A stretch of DNA of 64,000 bases, taken from Gammaproteobacteria bacterium (GTDB taxonomy: Bacteria > Pseudomonadota > Gammaproteobacteria > Ga0077536). The position numbers were made by a program, and so were the translations under genes. Below the pieces are notes generated by a model. That model was given only the letters and a program-made list of their open reading frames with translations, made no database searches and was not told the DNA's origin. The stretch covers positions 2,816,001 to 2,880,000 of the forward strand of contig CAXXLL010000003.1 of assembly GCA_963662545.2 (NCBI GenBank). Direction: 5' to 3'. Positions 49,888-59,161 of the stretch are shown here, one piece after another (within the stretch, counting starts at the first letter, position 1; every line of letters starts with the position of its first letter).

Positions 49888-52278
49888 GTGGATACCAGCC
49901 GGATTTTCCCCGCCTTCGGTCGGCTTCTGTTCGACAACCGCAAGACGGTACTGTTTCTCATCCTCGCCGTCACGATTGCCTTCGCAACGCAGATACCCGC
50001 GGTGCGCATGCTGTCCGATTTCGCCGATCTGCTGCCCCAGAATCATCCGTATATCAAGCTGCACAACAGCATCCGCGATACTTTCGGCGGCGCGAACATC
50101 ATCATCATCGCGCTCGAAGTCGAAGAGGGCACGATTTTCAACGGTGACACCCTCGATCGCATCCATCGCATCACGCAGAAACTCGATAGCGTTTCCAACA
50201 TCAATCACAACCTCGTCACCAGCCTGACGCACCGGAACACGCGCAAGATCTGGCTGACGCCGGACGGCACGATCAAGTCGACGCCTTATTACAACCCGCA
50301 TCACGAACTCTATACGCAGGAAGATCTGGAGAAGATCAAGCGCGACGTGGTGTCGAGTACGCGGGTGTTCGGGCTGCTGGTATCGCCGGACCTCAAATCC
50401 GCCCTCATCAAGGGAACCTTGAACGAAGGACAGCTCGACTATGGCAAGGTATTTAAGGAGCTGCAGCAGATTCGCGACGAAGAATCCGCGCCGGGCGTCC
50501 GCATCTATGCCAACGGGCATCCGGTGCTGGCGGGGTGGGTCGATTCCTACTCGCCCCAGATATTGCAGATTTTCCTCTACACTATCTTGATAGTACTGGC
50601 GATCCTGGTCGTGTATTCGCGCCGGCTCTACGGGGTGCTGCTGCCGCTGATCGGCATGATCATCACCAGTATCTGGGGCGTCGGCTTCATGGGGCTGTTC
50701 GGCTACAACCTCGATCCCCTCATGCTGGTCGTACCCTTTCTCATCTCCGCGCGCTCGATGTCGCACGGCATTCAGAAAGTCGAGCGTTATTTTCTCGAGT
50801 TGTCGCGCACCGGCGACCGGGACGAGGCGGCGCGCAATACCTTCAATTCGTTGTTCAGGCCCGGCGGACTCGCTATCGTCGCCGATGCCTGCGCGCTGGC
50901 GCTGATCGGTCTCGGGTCAGTGCCGATCAACGACAAGATGGCCGTCTACGCCTCGTTCTGGGCCCTGTGCATGGTGGTGACTGTCCTGATCGTCGTGCCG
51001 ATGCTGTTGTCCGTGTTGCCGCAGCCGAAGAACGTTGCACTCAAGCACGGCGTGATTCGAAAGATCTTTCCGAAGCTGGCACAAGTGACCGGGACGCGTA
51101 CGCGCTCGCTCGCGGTGCTCTGGTCCTGCCTGTTCATCGGTATCGCCTCCACCTATTTCGCCTCCTGGGTCCAAATCGGCGAGCCCGAACCGGGTTCGCC
51201 GCTGCTGTTCCGCGATCATGATTTCAATATTTCCTCGAAAGTGATCAACGAGCGTTTTCCGGGCTCCGAAGAGCTCTTCATCATTGCGCGAACCAACGCG
51301 AAGAACGGCCTCAAGCGGCCGGAAGTTTTGCGCGCGCTGGCTGACTTTCAGGCGCACATGATGTACGACGACACGCTCGGCGGCACCAAGGGCGTACCGG
51401 ACCTGGTGACACAGGTCAACCGCATGACGCGCAACGACGATCCGCGCTGGGCGGTGGTGCCGGCGCTCAACAACGAGATCGGCGGCCTCATGTTCATGTA
51501 CATGATGTCGGCGCCGATCCCGGGTGCGCTGCTCGAATTCCAGGATACCGACGACCGCGTCGCGAACATCGTCTTTTATTACAAGGATCACACCGGTGAG
51601 ACCATCCGGCGCGCCATCCACATGGCCAAGGAGTGGATCGAGCAGACCGGCAGCCAGATCGAGGGCCTGAGCATCGAACTCGCGGGCGGACCGGTCGGTG
51701 TGACGGCGGCGATCGACGAGGAAGCCTACGCGACCAACGTCATCGTCGTGCCCGCCGTGCTGATATTGATCCTGCTCTTCACCCTCTGGTTCTACTCGTC
51801 GCTTCACGCGGGCGTCATGATCCTGGCGGCGATGACGTTCGCGACCACGCTCTCCTACGCCTGCATGGGAATTCTGGGCCTGGGGCTCAACGTCAATACC
51901 GTTCCCATGATCGCGGTGGGCATCGGTTTGGGCGTCGATTACGCAATCTATATGATGGACCGCATCAAGGAAGAGGTACACATGGCGGACTCGCTGCAGC
52001 AGGCGATCACGCGTTCGGTGAGCACCACCGGCATGGCCATTGCGATTACTGCGACGACGCTCATCGGCGGCATCATCATGTGGATATTCGTATCGGACCT
52101 GCGCTTCCAGGCAGACGCTGCAAAGCTCTTGTTCATCATGCTGGTGCTGAACGCCGCCGCCGCAATGTTCCTGGTGCCGGCCTGGATCAATATCTTCAAG
52201 CCGCGCTTCATCATGCAGGCCGCTGAAGAACGCTGGGAGCTCGGGAACGGCTCGACTGTCGATGAAGTGGCGGCCTAG
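49888..52278 (+). CDS. MMPL/RND-superfamily inner-membrane transporter
   Basis: Two repeats of a periplasmic loop plus TM bundle, ARSMSHGIQ and GLGVDYAIY. Confidence 0.88.
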   Translation: MDTSRIFPAFGRLLFDNRKTVLFLILAVTIAFATQIPAVRMLSDFADLLPQNHPYIKLHNSIRDTFGGANIIIIALEVEEGTIFNGDTLDRIHRITQKLDSVSNINHNLVTSLTHRNTRKIWLTPDGTIKSTPYYNPHHELYTQEDLEKIKRDVVSSTRVFGLLVSPDLKSALIKGTLNEGQLDYGKVFKELQQIRDEESAPGVRIYANGHPVLAGWVDSYSPQILQIFLYTILIVLAILVVYSRRLYGVLLPLIGMIITSIWGVGFMGLFGYNLDPLMLVVPFLISARSMSHGIQKVERYFLELSRTGDRDEAARNTFNSLFRPGGLAIVADACALALIGLGSVPINDKMAVYASFWALCMVVTVLIVVPMLLSVLPQPKNVALKHGVIRKIFPKLAQVTGTRTRSLAVLWSCLFIGIASTYFASWVQIGEPEPGSPLLFRDHDFNISSKVINERFPGSEELFIIARTNAKNGLKRPEVLRALADFQAHMMYDDTLGGTKGVPDLVTQVNRMTRNDDPRWAVVPALNNEIGGLMFMYMMSAPIPGALLEFQDTDDRVANIVFYYKDHTGETIRRAIHMAKEWIEQTGSQIEGLSIELAGGPVGVTAAIDEEAYATNVIVVPAVLILILLFTLWFYSSLHAGVMILAAMTFATTLSYACMGILGLGLNVNTVPMIAVGIGLGVDYAIYMMDRIKEEVHMADSLQQAITRSVSTTGMAIAITATTLIGGIIMWIFVSDLRFQADAAKLLFIMLVLNAAAAMFLVPAWINIFKPRFIMQAAEERWELGNGSTVDEVAA

Positions 52279-52479
52279 CAGCGATCAATTCGACGGAAGG
52301 AATGTACTAGTGACCCGGATTTTGAAGCGATTGTTGCGGAATACCAACGCGCCGTTGGTTTATTGTGCGAAAGCCGTTGATCTTCTGCTGAGCTTGGCTT
52401 TGAATGGCGCAATCGCGCACAACAATAGGTCGCCGCGCGGGTATGAGCGGCACTTTGACGCATGAGTATTGGGGGAAAT

Positions 52480-54573
52480 ATGAAGGGGCAGAATATTTCG
52501 AGTCAATTCGGGGCGACAACCGGCAAATGGCTGGCAGCCTTGGGACTGGCCATCGCTGTGAGCGGCAGCGCTTACGCCTGGACCAGCGCCGATCAGACCC
52601 TGGAACTCAATGGGTTCCTCGACAGCACCACGCACCAACGTGCCGACTACGGGCTGTCCAAGCAACGCTTTCGCGGACAACTCGAGTACAGCAAGCAATT
52701 CAATAACATGGGTCCGTTCACGGAGATTTCACTGAACGGAACACTGCGCGCGACCTTTGACGGTGTTTACGATTTCAACGCCGATGATTTCGGTGACAAG
52801 GCGGGCAGCCCGCAAAATAATATCGTCAGCTCGGCATTTCCGTCATTCATTCCTCCGTCGTCCTGGGGCGCATCGCCAGTTTCGGCGGCTAACCCCGGCC
52901 TGCCCGGCGGCGGCGGATTCGGTTTTGATTTGACGGTGAATCCGAACTCCGGTTTGAAGCGAGTGGGCGGGGAGCTCGGCAATACCAACAATAGCAACCG
53001 GTTCGGCGGCGGGCTTGAGTTTTTCACGCCCGTTCGGCCCTGCAACGTGGATTCGCGCGGCTGTATCAAGGACTACATGGACGCGGGTGAAGACGGCCTG
53101 CGCATGCCGGATTTTCGCGACGATCATCGCTGGCTGCGTGAAATGTACATCGACGCCACCTTGCCGCTGAACAACGGCGACGAGATCAACTTCCGCGTCG
53201 GCCGCCAACAGGTGGTGTGGGGCCGTACCGACTTGTTCCGCGTATTGGACCAGGTCAACCCGATCGATTTCTCCGTTCAGAACATCTATGAAGAGTTCGA
53301 GGACAGCCGCATCCCGCTCGCCATTTTCTCGGCTGAATGGCGCCTCGGCGCGACCGAAATCTTCGACGACCTCAATTTCCAGTTCATCTGGAATTTCGAG
53401 AAGCATACGCCGCACAATCTCGGCCAGGGCGGTCAGCCCTATAACATTCTATTGGCCGGCGATCTGTTCCGTGCGCTCAAGACCTGTTGGGATCTGGGTT
53501 GTACGGTCAACAATTTCGCTACCGATATTCCGGCTCCCGATCCCTTCGGACGCGGCGGCACGCTTGGTAGTCACGGAAACCTGGCGACGGATTTCCCCGC
53601 CAACACAATTGGAATCCGTAAGTTGCATGAGCGCAATGCGCGGGATCAGTTTGGATTTCGCATGGAAGGCGTGTTTAATAGCGTTGGTTTTTCCTTAAAC
53701 GCTCTAACTTTCTATTCCCAATTGCCCTCGCTCCGCGCGGGAATCCCCTCGAATAACCCGTTTTACCCGGTCGGCGTCGCCGCCATTCCGCCATTTGACC
53801 CCTTGCCCGGCGGCACCCTTGCCCCCCGACCCTGGGTCCCGGCATTCGACATCTTTTTCCCGCGTATCTGGCTGGTCGGCACGTCGGCGGATTTCTATAT
53901 CGATCAGATCAAATCGGCCTTCCGCGTGGAGTTGGCGTTCACCAACGGTGAGGAGTTCGCGAACACCGCCAAGCCGCGCCTGTTCTCGGAGTCCAATGTC
54001 ATTCGCTGGGTCGTCGGTTGGGACCGCCCCACCTACATCCGATTCCTGAACCCGAACCGCACGTTTCTGCTGTCGGCGCAGATTTTCGGTCAGCATATAC
54101 TCAATCACGAGTACTTCGAGAGCCCGATCAGCGGCGCTAACATCGGTTTCATGGATTGGGAATACAACTTCATCGGGACCTTTTTGTTCCAGGGCTTCTA
54201 CATGAACGACCGCCTGCAGCCGCGGGTCATTCAGGCCTACGATATCCGAGCCCAGGCTTACGTCGTCTCTCCGGGGATCGACTGGCTCATCAGCAACAGC
54301 TGGCGAATGACGTTCGCGGCCAATCTCAAATTCGGTCGGGGACGTAATATCGTCGACGACGGCCGTACGTCGAACTCGTTCCCGCCTTTTACCTGTACCG
54401 CGCAGAGCGGTGCCGGCGCCGCGGCTGCGGGAGCGCCCTGTGCCCCCGGGATCACGCATGCGAGCATCGGCTCCAGGGTCGGCTTCGAGCCGCTCGGACG
54501 TTTCCGCTCGGGCCCGATCGGCATGGCGCAGCACGAAGACGAGCTGCAGCTCCTGCTGCGCTACCGCTTCTAG
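52480..54573 (+). CDS. DUF1302-family outer-membrane beta-barrel protein
   Basis: Signal peptide, LREMYID, RVGRQQVVWG..D...VLD.VNP.D, C-terminal Phe (LRYRF). Confidence 0.8.
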   Translation: MKGQNISSQFGATTGKWLAALGLAIAVSGSAYAWTSADQTLELNGFLDSTTHQRADYGLSKQRFRGQLEYSKQFNNMGPFTEISLNGTLRATFDGVYDFNADDFGDKAGSPQNNIVSSAFPSFIPPSSWGASPVSAANPGLPGGGGFGFDLTVNPNSGLKRVGGELGNTNNSNRFGGGLEFFTPVRPCNVDSRGCIKDYMDAGEDGLRMPDFRDDHRWLREMYIDATLPLNNGDEINFRVGRQQVVWGRTDLFRVLDQVNPIDFSVQNIYEEFEDSRIPLAIFSAEWRLGATEIFDDLNFQFIWNFEKHTPHNLGQGGQPYNILLAGDLFRALKTCWDLGCTVNNFATDIPAPDPFGRGGTLGSHGNLATDFPANTIGIRKLHERNARDQFGFRMEGVFNSVGFSLNALTFYSQLPSLRAGIPSNNPFYPVGVAAIPPFDPLPGGTLAPRPWVPAFDIFFPRIWLVGTSADFYIDQIKSAFRVELAFTNGEEFANTAKPRLFSESNVIRWVVGWDRPTYIRFLNPNRTFLLSAQIFGQHILNHEYFESPISGANIGFMDWEYNFIGTFLFQGFYMNDRLQPRVIQAYDIRAQAYVVSPGIDWLISNSWRMTFAANLKFGRGRNIVDDGRTSNSFPPFTCTAQSGAGAAAAGAPCAPGITHASIGSRVGFEPLGRFRSGPIGMAQHEDELQLLLRYRF

Positions 54574-54672
54574 GGTGAACTATTTAGCGTACACGACGGA
54601 CCAATCTATAAAGAACAGGATAACGTTCGGGCGGCGACCGTCCGTCAGATCCAGGAATAATAGGTAAGCATC

Positions 54673-55989
54673 ATGAAAAAAACTTGTCTCTGGTACGCGC
54701 TCGGTCTTGCAGCCGTTTCGATGTCGGTGAACGTACTCGCGGATTTCACGGTAGAGGAAGTCGAGAATTCTTTCTTTCCCTACAGGAATGGGACGCCCGA
54801 GTATCCCGGCTACGAGCCTGGCATGGTGATCAATGAATCCAACGTCGAGCAGTTCAAGGAAATCCTGGACCCGGGGATGTACGACCATCTCAAGAACGGT
54901 CGCTTCGAGATGCGTACGAAGAAGACCGAATCGCTGGAACTGCATCCCAATTACATCCAAGCCACGCGTGAGGCGGTGAATAACCCGCCGAGTTTGACCG
55001 CGGACGGCCTGGTCGAAAATTTCGTCGCGGGACGGGCATTTCCCAAAGAGCCGGATCCCGATGATCCCAATGCCGGCGTCAAGCTCGCATGGAATTACCA
55101 GTACGGCTACAACTGGGGTGACAACGCGGCGATATGTCCGTTCTATTGGAACTATCGCAGCATGAAAACGGGGAAGCTCGAGCGGCGCATCAAATGGTGC
55201 TTCCATTTTCTGAACTGGAAACATCGCGTGAATCAGGATCCGACACCCGAATTCACCAATAATCCGGCTGATTTATTTCGATCGATCTACACGAAGGTTG
55301 GCGAGCCTTTCGATATCCGCAACACGCAGTTGTTGATTCACCGCTATAAAAATGATCTCAAGCGCGACGATGCCTGGTTGTATCTGGGCTTCCAGCGCCG
55401 CGTGCGCCGCCTGGCCACCGGGCAGGTGACCGACTCCTTCCTCGGCGCGGACGTTACGATCGAGGACTTCGAGGGTTATAACGGCCGCGTTTCCGATTAC
55501 AATTGGAAGTACGTCGAGACCAAGAATGTCTTCCTGCCGTTCCATCATCACAACCAGCTTACGTTGTCGACGGAATACGAAGAAGCGGACGGTTATCAGT
55601 ACATCGCCTATGGCGGTAAGGGCACCTGCTTTCCGGAATCGACCTACGAACTTCGCAAGGTGTATGTGGTCGAGGGCACGCCGGTAGATCCCAATCATCC
55701 TTTGAGTAAACGCATCATGAATCTGGACGCGCAGACGTTCACGATTCCGCAAAGCTCGCTATACGACCGCAAAGGGGATTTATGGAAGACCTTTTCGATC
55801 TGCCAGGCCTACCCCGACACTCACCACCCCGATAACGTGGGCTCGGGCGTATCGATCGATGATTGCTATACGATGATCGATGTGCAGGCGCAGCATTGCA
55901 CCAATGGCCAGTTCAAGGGCTTGCTGGATGAGAAGCTGAATCCGCCGCAGATGTTCTCGGTGCAGAACCTGCGCAAAAGCGGAAATTGA
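54673..55989 (+). CDS. DUF1329-family periplasmic protein (paralog 1)
   Basis: Signal peptide, G.VI...N, PFP/AFP..P, KLAWN, WLYLGFQRRVRRL, YDRKGDLWK. Confidence 0.85.
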   Translation: MKKTCLWYALGLAAVSMSVNVLADFTVEEVENSFFPYRNGTPEYPGYEPGMVINESNVEQFKEILDPGMYDHLKNGRFEMRTKKTESLELHPNYIQATREAVNNPPSLTADGLVENFVAGRAFPKEPDPDDPNAGVKLAWNYQYGYNWGDNAAICPFYWNYRSMKTGKLERRIKWCFHFLNWKHRVNQDPTPEFTNNPADLFRSIYTKVGEPFDIRNTQLLIHRYKNDLKRDDAWLYLGFQRRVRRLATGQVTDSFLGADVTIEDFEGYNGRVSDYNWKYVETKNVFLPFHHHNQLTLSTEYEEADGYQYIAYGGKGTCFPESTYELRKVYVVEGTPVDPNHPLSKRIMNLDAQTFTIPQSSLYDRKGDLWKTFSICQAYPDTHHPDNVGSGVSIDDCYTMIDVQAQHCTNGQFKGLLDEKLNPPQMFSVQNLRKSGN

Positions 55990-56011
55990 TGAGTACTCAG
56001 CTTGCATAACG

Positions 56012-56042
56012 AAAAAGGGCGTCATGGACGCCCTTTTTTTTT
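56012..56042 (+). terminator. Intrinsic terminator, probably bidirectional
   Basis: AAAAAGGGCGTC ATG GACGCCC followed by a long T run, between convergent genes. Confidence 0.88.
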
Positions 56043-56067
56043 GAAAATGCAGCAACCTGGCGTCCCG

Positions 56068-57189
56068 TCAGCGGGCGGGCCCACGCCATTGATAGGCTTT
56101 GCCGATCTCCGCGTGCAGTTGTAACAGGTCTTCGATTTTCTGCGTCAGTGGCCGCCGCCCCCAACCGCACTGCGTGGATATGCCGAAATCGGACAGGTAT
56201 TTCCCTGCGATCTTCATGCGTTTGAGCGCGCCGTCGACGCCATCCTCCAGGTGGATGAGCCCGAGATAGGTGTGCGCATCCCCAACGTCCAGCCGATATA
56301 GAGGCTCGTAGTAGGCCTCATCGAAACCGTTCGAAAGCTGCACCGACACCTGGATGAACTGCACCGATCGCCCGCAGGCCTTCACACCCTCGTTGGCCAT
56401 GTCGACGGATATGTTGAGATCGGTGATCTCGTGAAAGTGGCCGCTGTCGGAACCTTGCCCCTCTTCATGGCTCAGCGAACCGTAGCAGATATGTAATCCC
56501 AACCACGGACCCTCGGGGATCGGCTCACATACCCACTTCAATGCATCGCAGTAGCGCTTCATCGGATCGGACTCGAGGTAGCTCAAATCCGAGGTAAACC
56601 CTTCGAGCCCCTCGAGAGCCGCGACTTCCACGCAGATATCCCACTGGATGGCCAGGTCTTCAGGTGGAATCGAATCGCATATGTCTTTCACCTCTCGTCG
56701 TATGGTTTCGCCATAGGCGCGCCACAGCATCTCGAAATGCTCGGTCGTGTCGATGAACGGCCGGGTGGCGCTCTCGATCAGCGGCATTGCGACCATGAAA
56801 CGCACGCCCTGTCCGATCACGCCCTCGTCGCGCAGTCGCTTGAAGATCTCGTAGGACTTCTTCGCTTCACTGGCATAGCCGATCTTATCGAACGCGATCT
56901 CTTTGACGCCGTCCTCGATGGTGAACAGCCAGTGGTCGTCGTAGCCCTGCGGCTTCCAGTCGTCGACCGTGTGACGTGAAAGCGTTTTCATGTCGGGGTG
57001 TTCGGCGTAAGTACGCCGCGCGACGTAATTGATCCAGTAATAACGATCACCGATCTCGCCGTCCGGCAACATCGACGCGTGCTCGCCGATCGCGTTCGCC
57101 GCATTCCGCATTACGTCCTCGACGTTCCAGCCGTCCTCGGGTCGGGCAACGCTGCCGACCAGCATCATGTGTCCATGATCATTGCTCAT
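56068..57189 (-). CDS. MetE/UROD-fold Zn-dependent enzyme (paralog 2)
   Basis: MLVGS, PDGEIG.R, IQWD, GLHICYGS, STQCGWGR. Shares RFMVAMPL.ESATRPF with paralog 1. Confidence 0.75.
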   Translation of the reverse strand: MSNDHGHMMLVGSVARPEDGWNVEDVMRNAANAIGEHASMLPDGEIGDRYYWINYVARRTYAEHPDMKTLSRHTVDDWKPQGYDDHWLFTIEDGVKEIAFDKIGYASEAKKSYEIFKRLRDEGVIGQGVRFMVAMPLIESATRPFIDTTEHFEMLWRAYGETIRREVKDICDSIPPEDLAIQWDICVEVAALEGLEGFTSDLSYLESDPMKRYCDALKWVCEPIPEGPWLGLHICYGSLSHEEGQGSDSGHFHEITDLNISVDMANEGVKACGRSVQFIQVSVQLSNGFDEAYYEPLYRLDVGDAHTYLGLIHLEDGVDGALKRMKIAGKYLSDFGISTQCGWGRRPLTQKIEDLLQLHAEIGKAYQWRGPAR

Positions 57190-57246
57190 GGGGCCACCCT
57201 CTGTTAGTCGTGATGTACAAGCCAATTATAGAGTCGGTTACCGGAA

Positions 57247-57810
57247 TTAATCCCGTTCTCTTTCCGCTTCCTCCAGCCGGTCCATGAATTCGCGGCGCCA
57301 CTCGTCGATTGGCCGGAAACTCGGGTCGCTGCGGTAGCGGGATTCCGTGTCGGCGAAGATCTGATCGTCGCTAAGATCGAAATCGAGCGGTTCGATGTGC
57401 GGCTGATCCGCGTACCACGGCGAATCGCAGAAGATCTCGATGCGATTGCCTTCGGGATCCCGAAAATAGACGGAAAACGACACCACGTGGTTGATCGGGT
57501 GTACGTCGGACACCTCGGCATGTCGCAGGGTCAGGGCGTAAACGCGGCGCAGGTCGGCCAGGGAGTCGACGCGCATGGATATCTGGTTGAGTAGCGCATC
57601 GTCGGGACCGGCGGTGCGGCCCTCGACCAGCACCAGTTGATGATGTTCACGGGGATCGCGGCTCAGAAAGGCGATTTTCTGTGAATCGTAGACGATGCCG
57701 TGGTCACTCGCCACAAAGCCGAGCGTCTGGGTATAAAATCGTTTCATGCGTTCCAGGTCGAACACGAAGATCCCCAGGTGGCTGAAGCTGAGCTTTGGAA
57801 ACGCGGGCAT
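57247..57810 (-). CDS. VOC-family protein (extradiol dioxygenase/glyoxalase-like)
   Basis: SHLGIFV.D, HHQLVL, H..SFSVYFRDPEGNRIE. Confidence 0.82.
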   Translation of the reverse strand: MPAFPKLSFSHLGIFVFDLERMKRFYTQTLGFVASDHGIVYDSQKIAFLSRDPREHHQLVLVEGRTAGPDDALLNQISMRVDSLADLRRVYALTLRHAEVSDVHPINHVVSFSVYFRDPEGNRIEIFCDSPWYADQPHIEPLDFDLSDDQIFADTESRYRSDPSFRPIDEWRREFMDRLEEAERERD

Positions 57811-57914
57811 CGGGCGGTGCTCCGAAATAAGGCGACAGTTTACCTATTTCGTTTAAGCATGCATCTTGGTTTATGCATCCTCGAATCAGCTGCACTGTAC
57901 CCGTATCGCCATAG

Positions 57915-59153
57915 ATGAACCGAACAAGAGACACGACGATGCCGTCCGCCACCGAGGCCCGGGCGCCGGGCTACGACGAATTGGTGCGTAGCGTCACAAG
58001 CCTCGGAGACCTGGTGCGGCGCGAGGCTGACGAGGCCGAACGGATGCGGCACTTGAGCGACACGCTGTTCGATGCGTTTCAGGCCGCAGGGTTGTGGCAT
58101 CTGCTAACCCCCGGGGCGCTCGGCGGGTCAGAACTGTCCTGGTCGGACGCCATGGCGGTCGCGGAGCGCGTCTCGCGCATCGACGGTTCGACGGGTTGGT
58201 GCCTGATGGTCGCGGGCATTCAGAATGGCGGCTGCGGCGCACTCATAAGAGACCCGGGCTGCGCCGAGGTGTTCGAACGCGGGGTTGATACGAGTATCGC
58301 GGGGCAAGGTATTCCGCGCGGCTTCGCACGTGCGGTCGACTGCGGTTACATGATCCGCGGCGAGTGGAGCTACGGCAGCGGCATCTATCACGCCAATTGG
58401 ATCCACAGCGGCTGCGTACTCATGGAGGAGGGGCAAGCAGTGATGGACGAAGACGGCGATCCGGTGGTGTTGATCGCCTACGTGCCGAAAGAAGCCATCG
58501 ACCTTAAGGACAACTGGGAGGTCTTGGGCTTGCGCGGCACGGGAAGCTTCGACTACTCGATTGCTGATGAGATTTTCGTCCCCGACTATCGCACCTATGT
58601 TTACAGCAAGAATTTCGTCGAGCGGGGCGGTCCACGGTATTCGCTCGGCATCGTCGGCTTCACCGCCTGGGGCCACACGTCGTTCGCGCTCGGCGTCGGC
58701 CGCCACGCCTTGGATGAATTGGCCGCGATCGCGAAAACCAAGGCCGGGCCATTCGGCATTCTCGCCGATTCACCGAGCTTCAGGGAGAAATACGCCCGCG
58801 CGGAAGCGCAGTACCGATCGGTCAGGGCACTGGTCTATGCAGCCTGGAACGATGTGGACGAAACCCTGGAGCGCGAAGAACCGGCGAGCCTGGAGCAAAT
58901 AGCCTTACTTAAACTCGGGTTTCGCTACGCACACGAGGTGATGTCGGAGATCTGCACCTTCGCCTACCACGGCGGCGGCGGCGTGGCGCTGCGGTCCAGC
59001 CCCCTGCAGCGATGCTACCGCGACCTTCACGCCGGCCTGCAGCACGTTCTGCTGTCGGATCAGATCATGCAGGATTGCGGTACGGTATTGATGGGACACG
59101 CCCGTGAAGGCGCCAGGTGGGAACTGCTGGGCCTCAAGGAACCGGACGAATAA
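57915..59153 (+). CDS. Acyl-CoA-dehydrogenase-fold flavin-dependent monooxygenase (HsaA/IacA-like)
   Basis: DGSTGW, W.YGSGI.HA.W, DNW.VLGLRGTGS.D, LQRCYRDLHAGLQH. Confidence 0.85.
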   Translation: MNRTRDTTMPSATEARAPGYDELVRSVTSLGDLVRREADEAERMRHLSDTLFDAFQAAGLWHLLTPGALGGSELSWSDAMAVAERVSRIDGSTGWCLMVAGIQNGGCGALIRDPGCAEVFERGVDTSIAGQGIPRGFARAVDCGYMIRGEWSYGSGIYHANWIHSGCVLMEEGQAVMDEDGDPVVLIAYVPKEAIDLKDNWEVLGLRGTGSFDYSIADEIFVPDYRTYVYSKNFVERGGPRYSLGIVGFTAWGHTSFALGVGRHALDELAAIAKTKAGPFGILADSPSFREKYARAEAQYRSVRALVYAAWNDVDETLEREEPASLEQIALLKLGFRYAHEVMSEICTFAYHGGGGVALRSSPLQRCYRDLHAGLQHVLLSDQIMQDCGTVLMGHAREGARWELLGLKEPDE

Positions 59154-59161
59154 GTGCACGT

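Noticed and set aside
52279-52479. Possible sigma54 promoter or ncRNA before DUF1302
   Set aside because: The TGGC-containing candidates lack GG-N10-GC spacing and no convincing structure was found.
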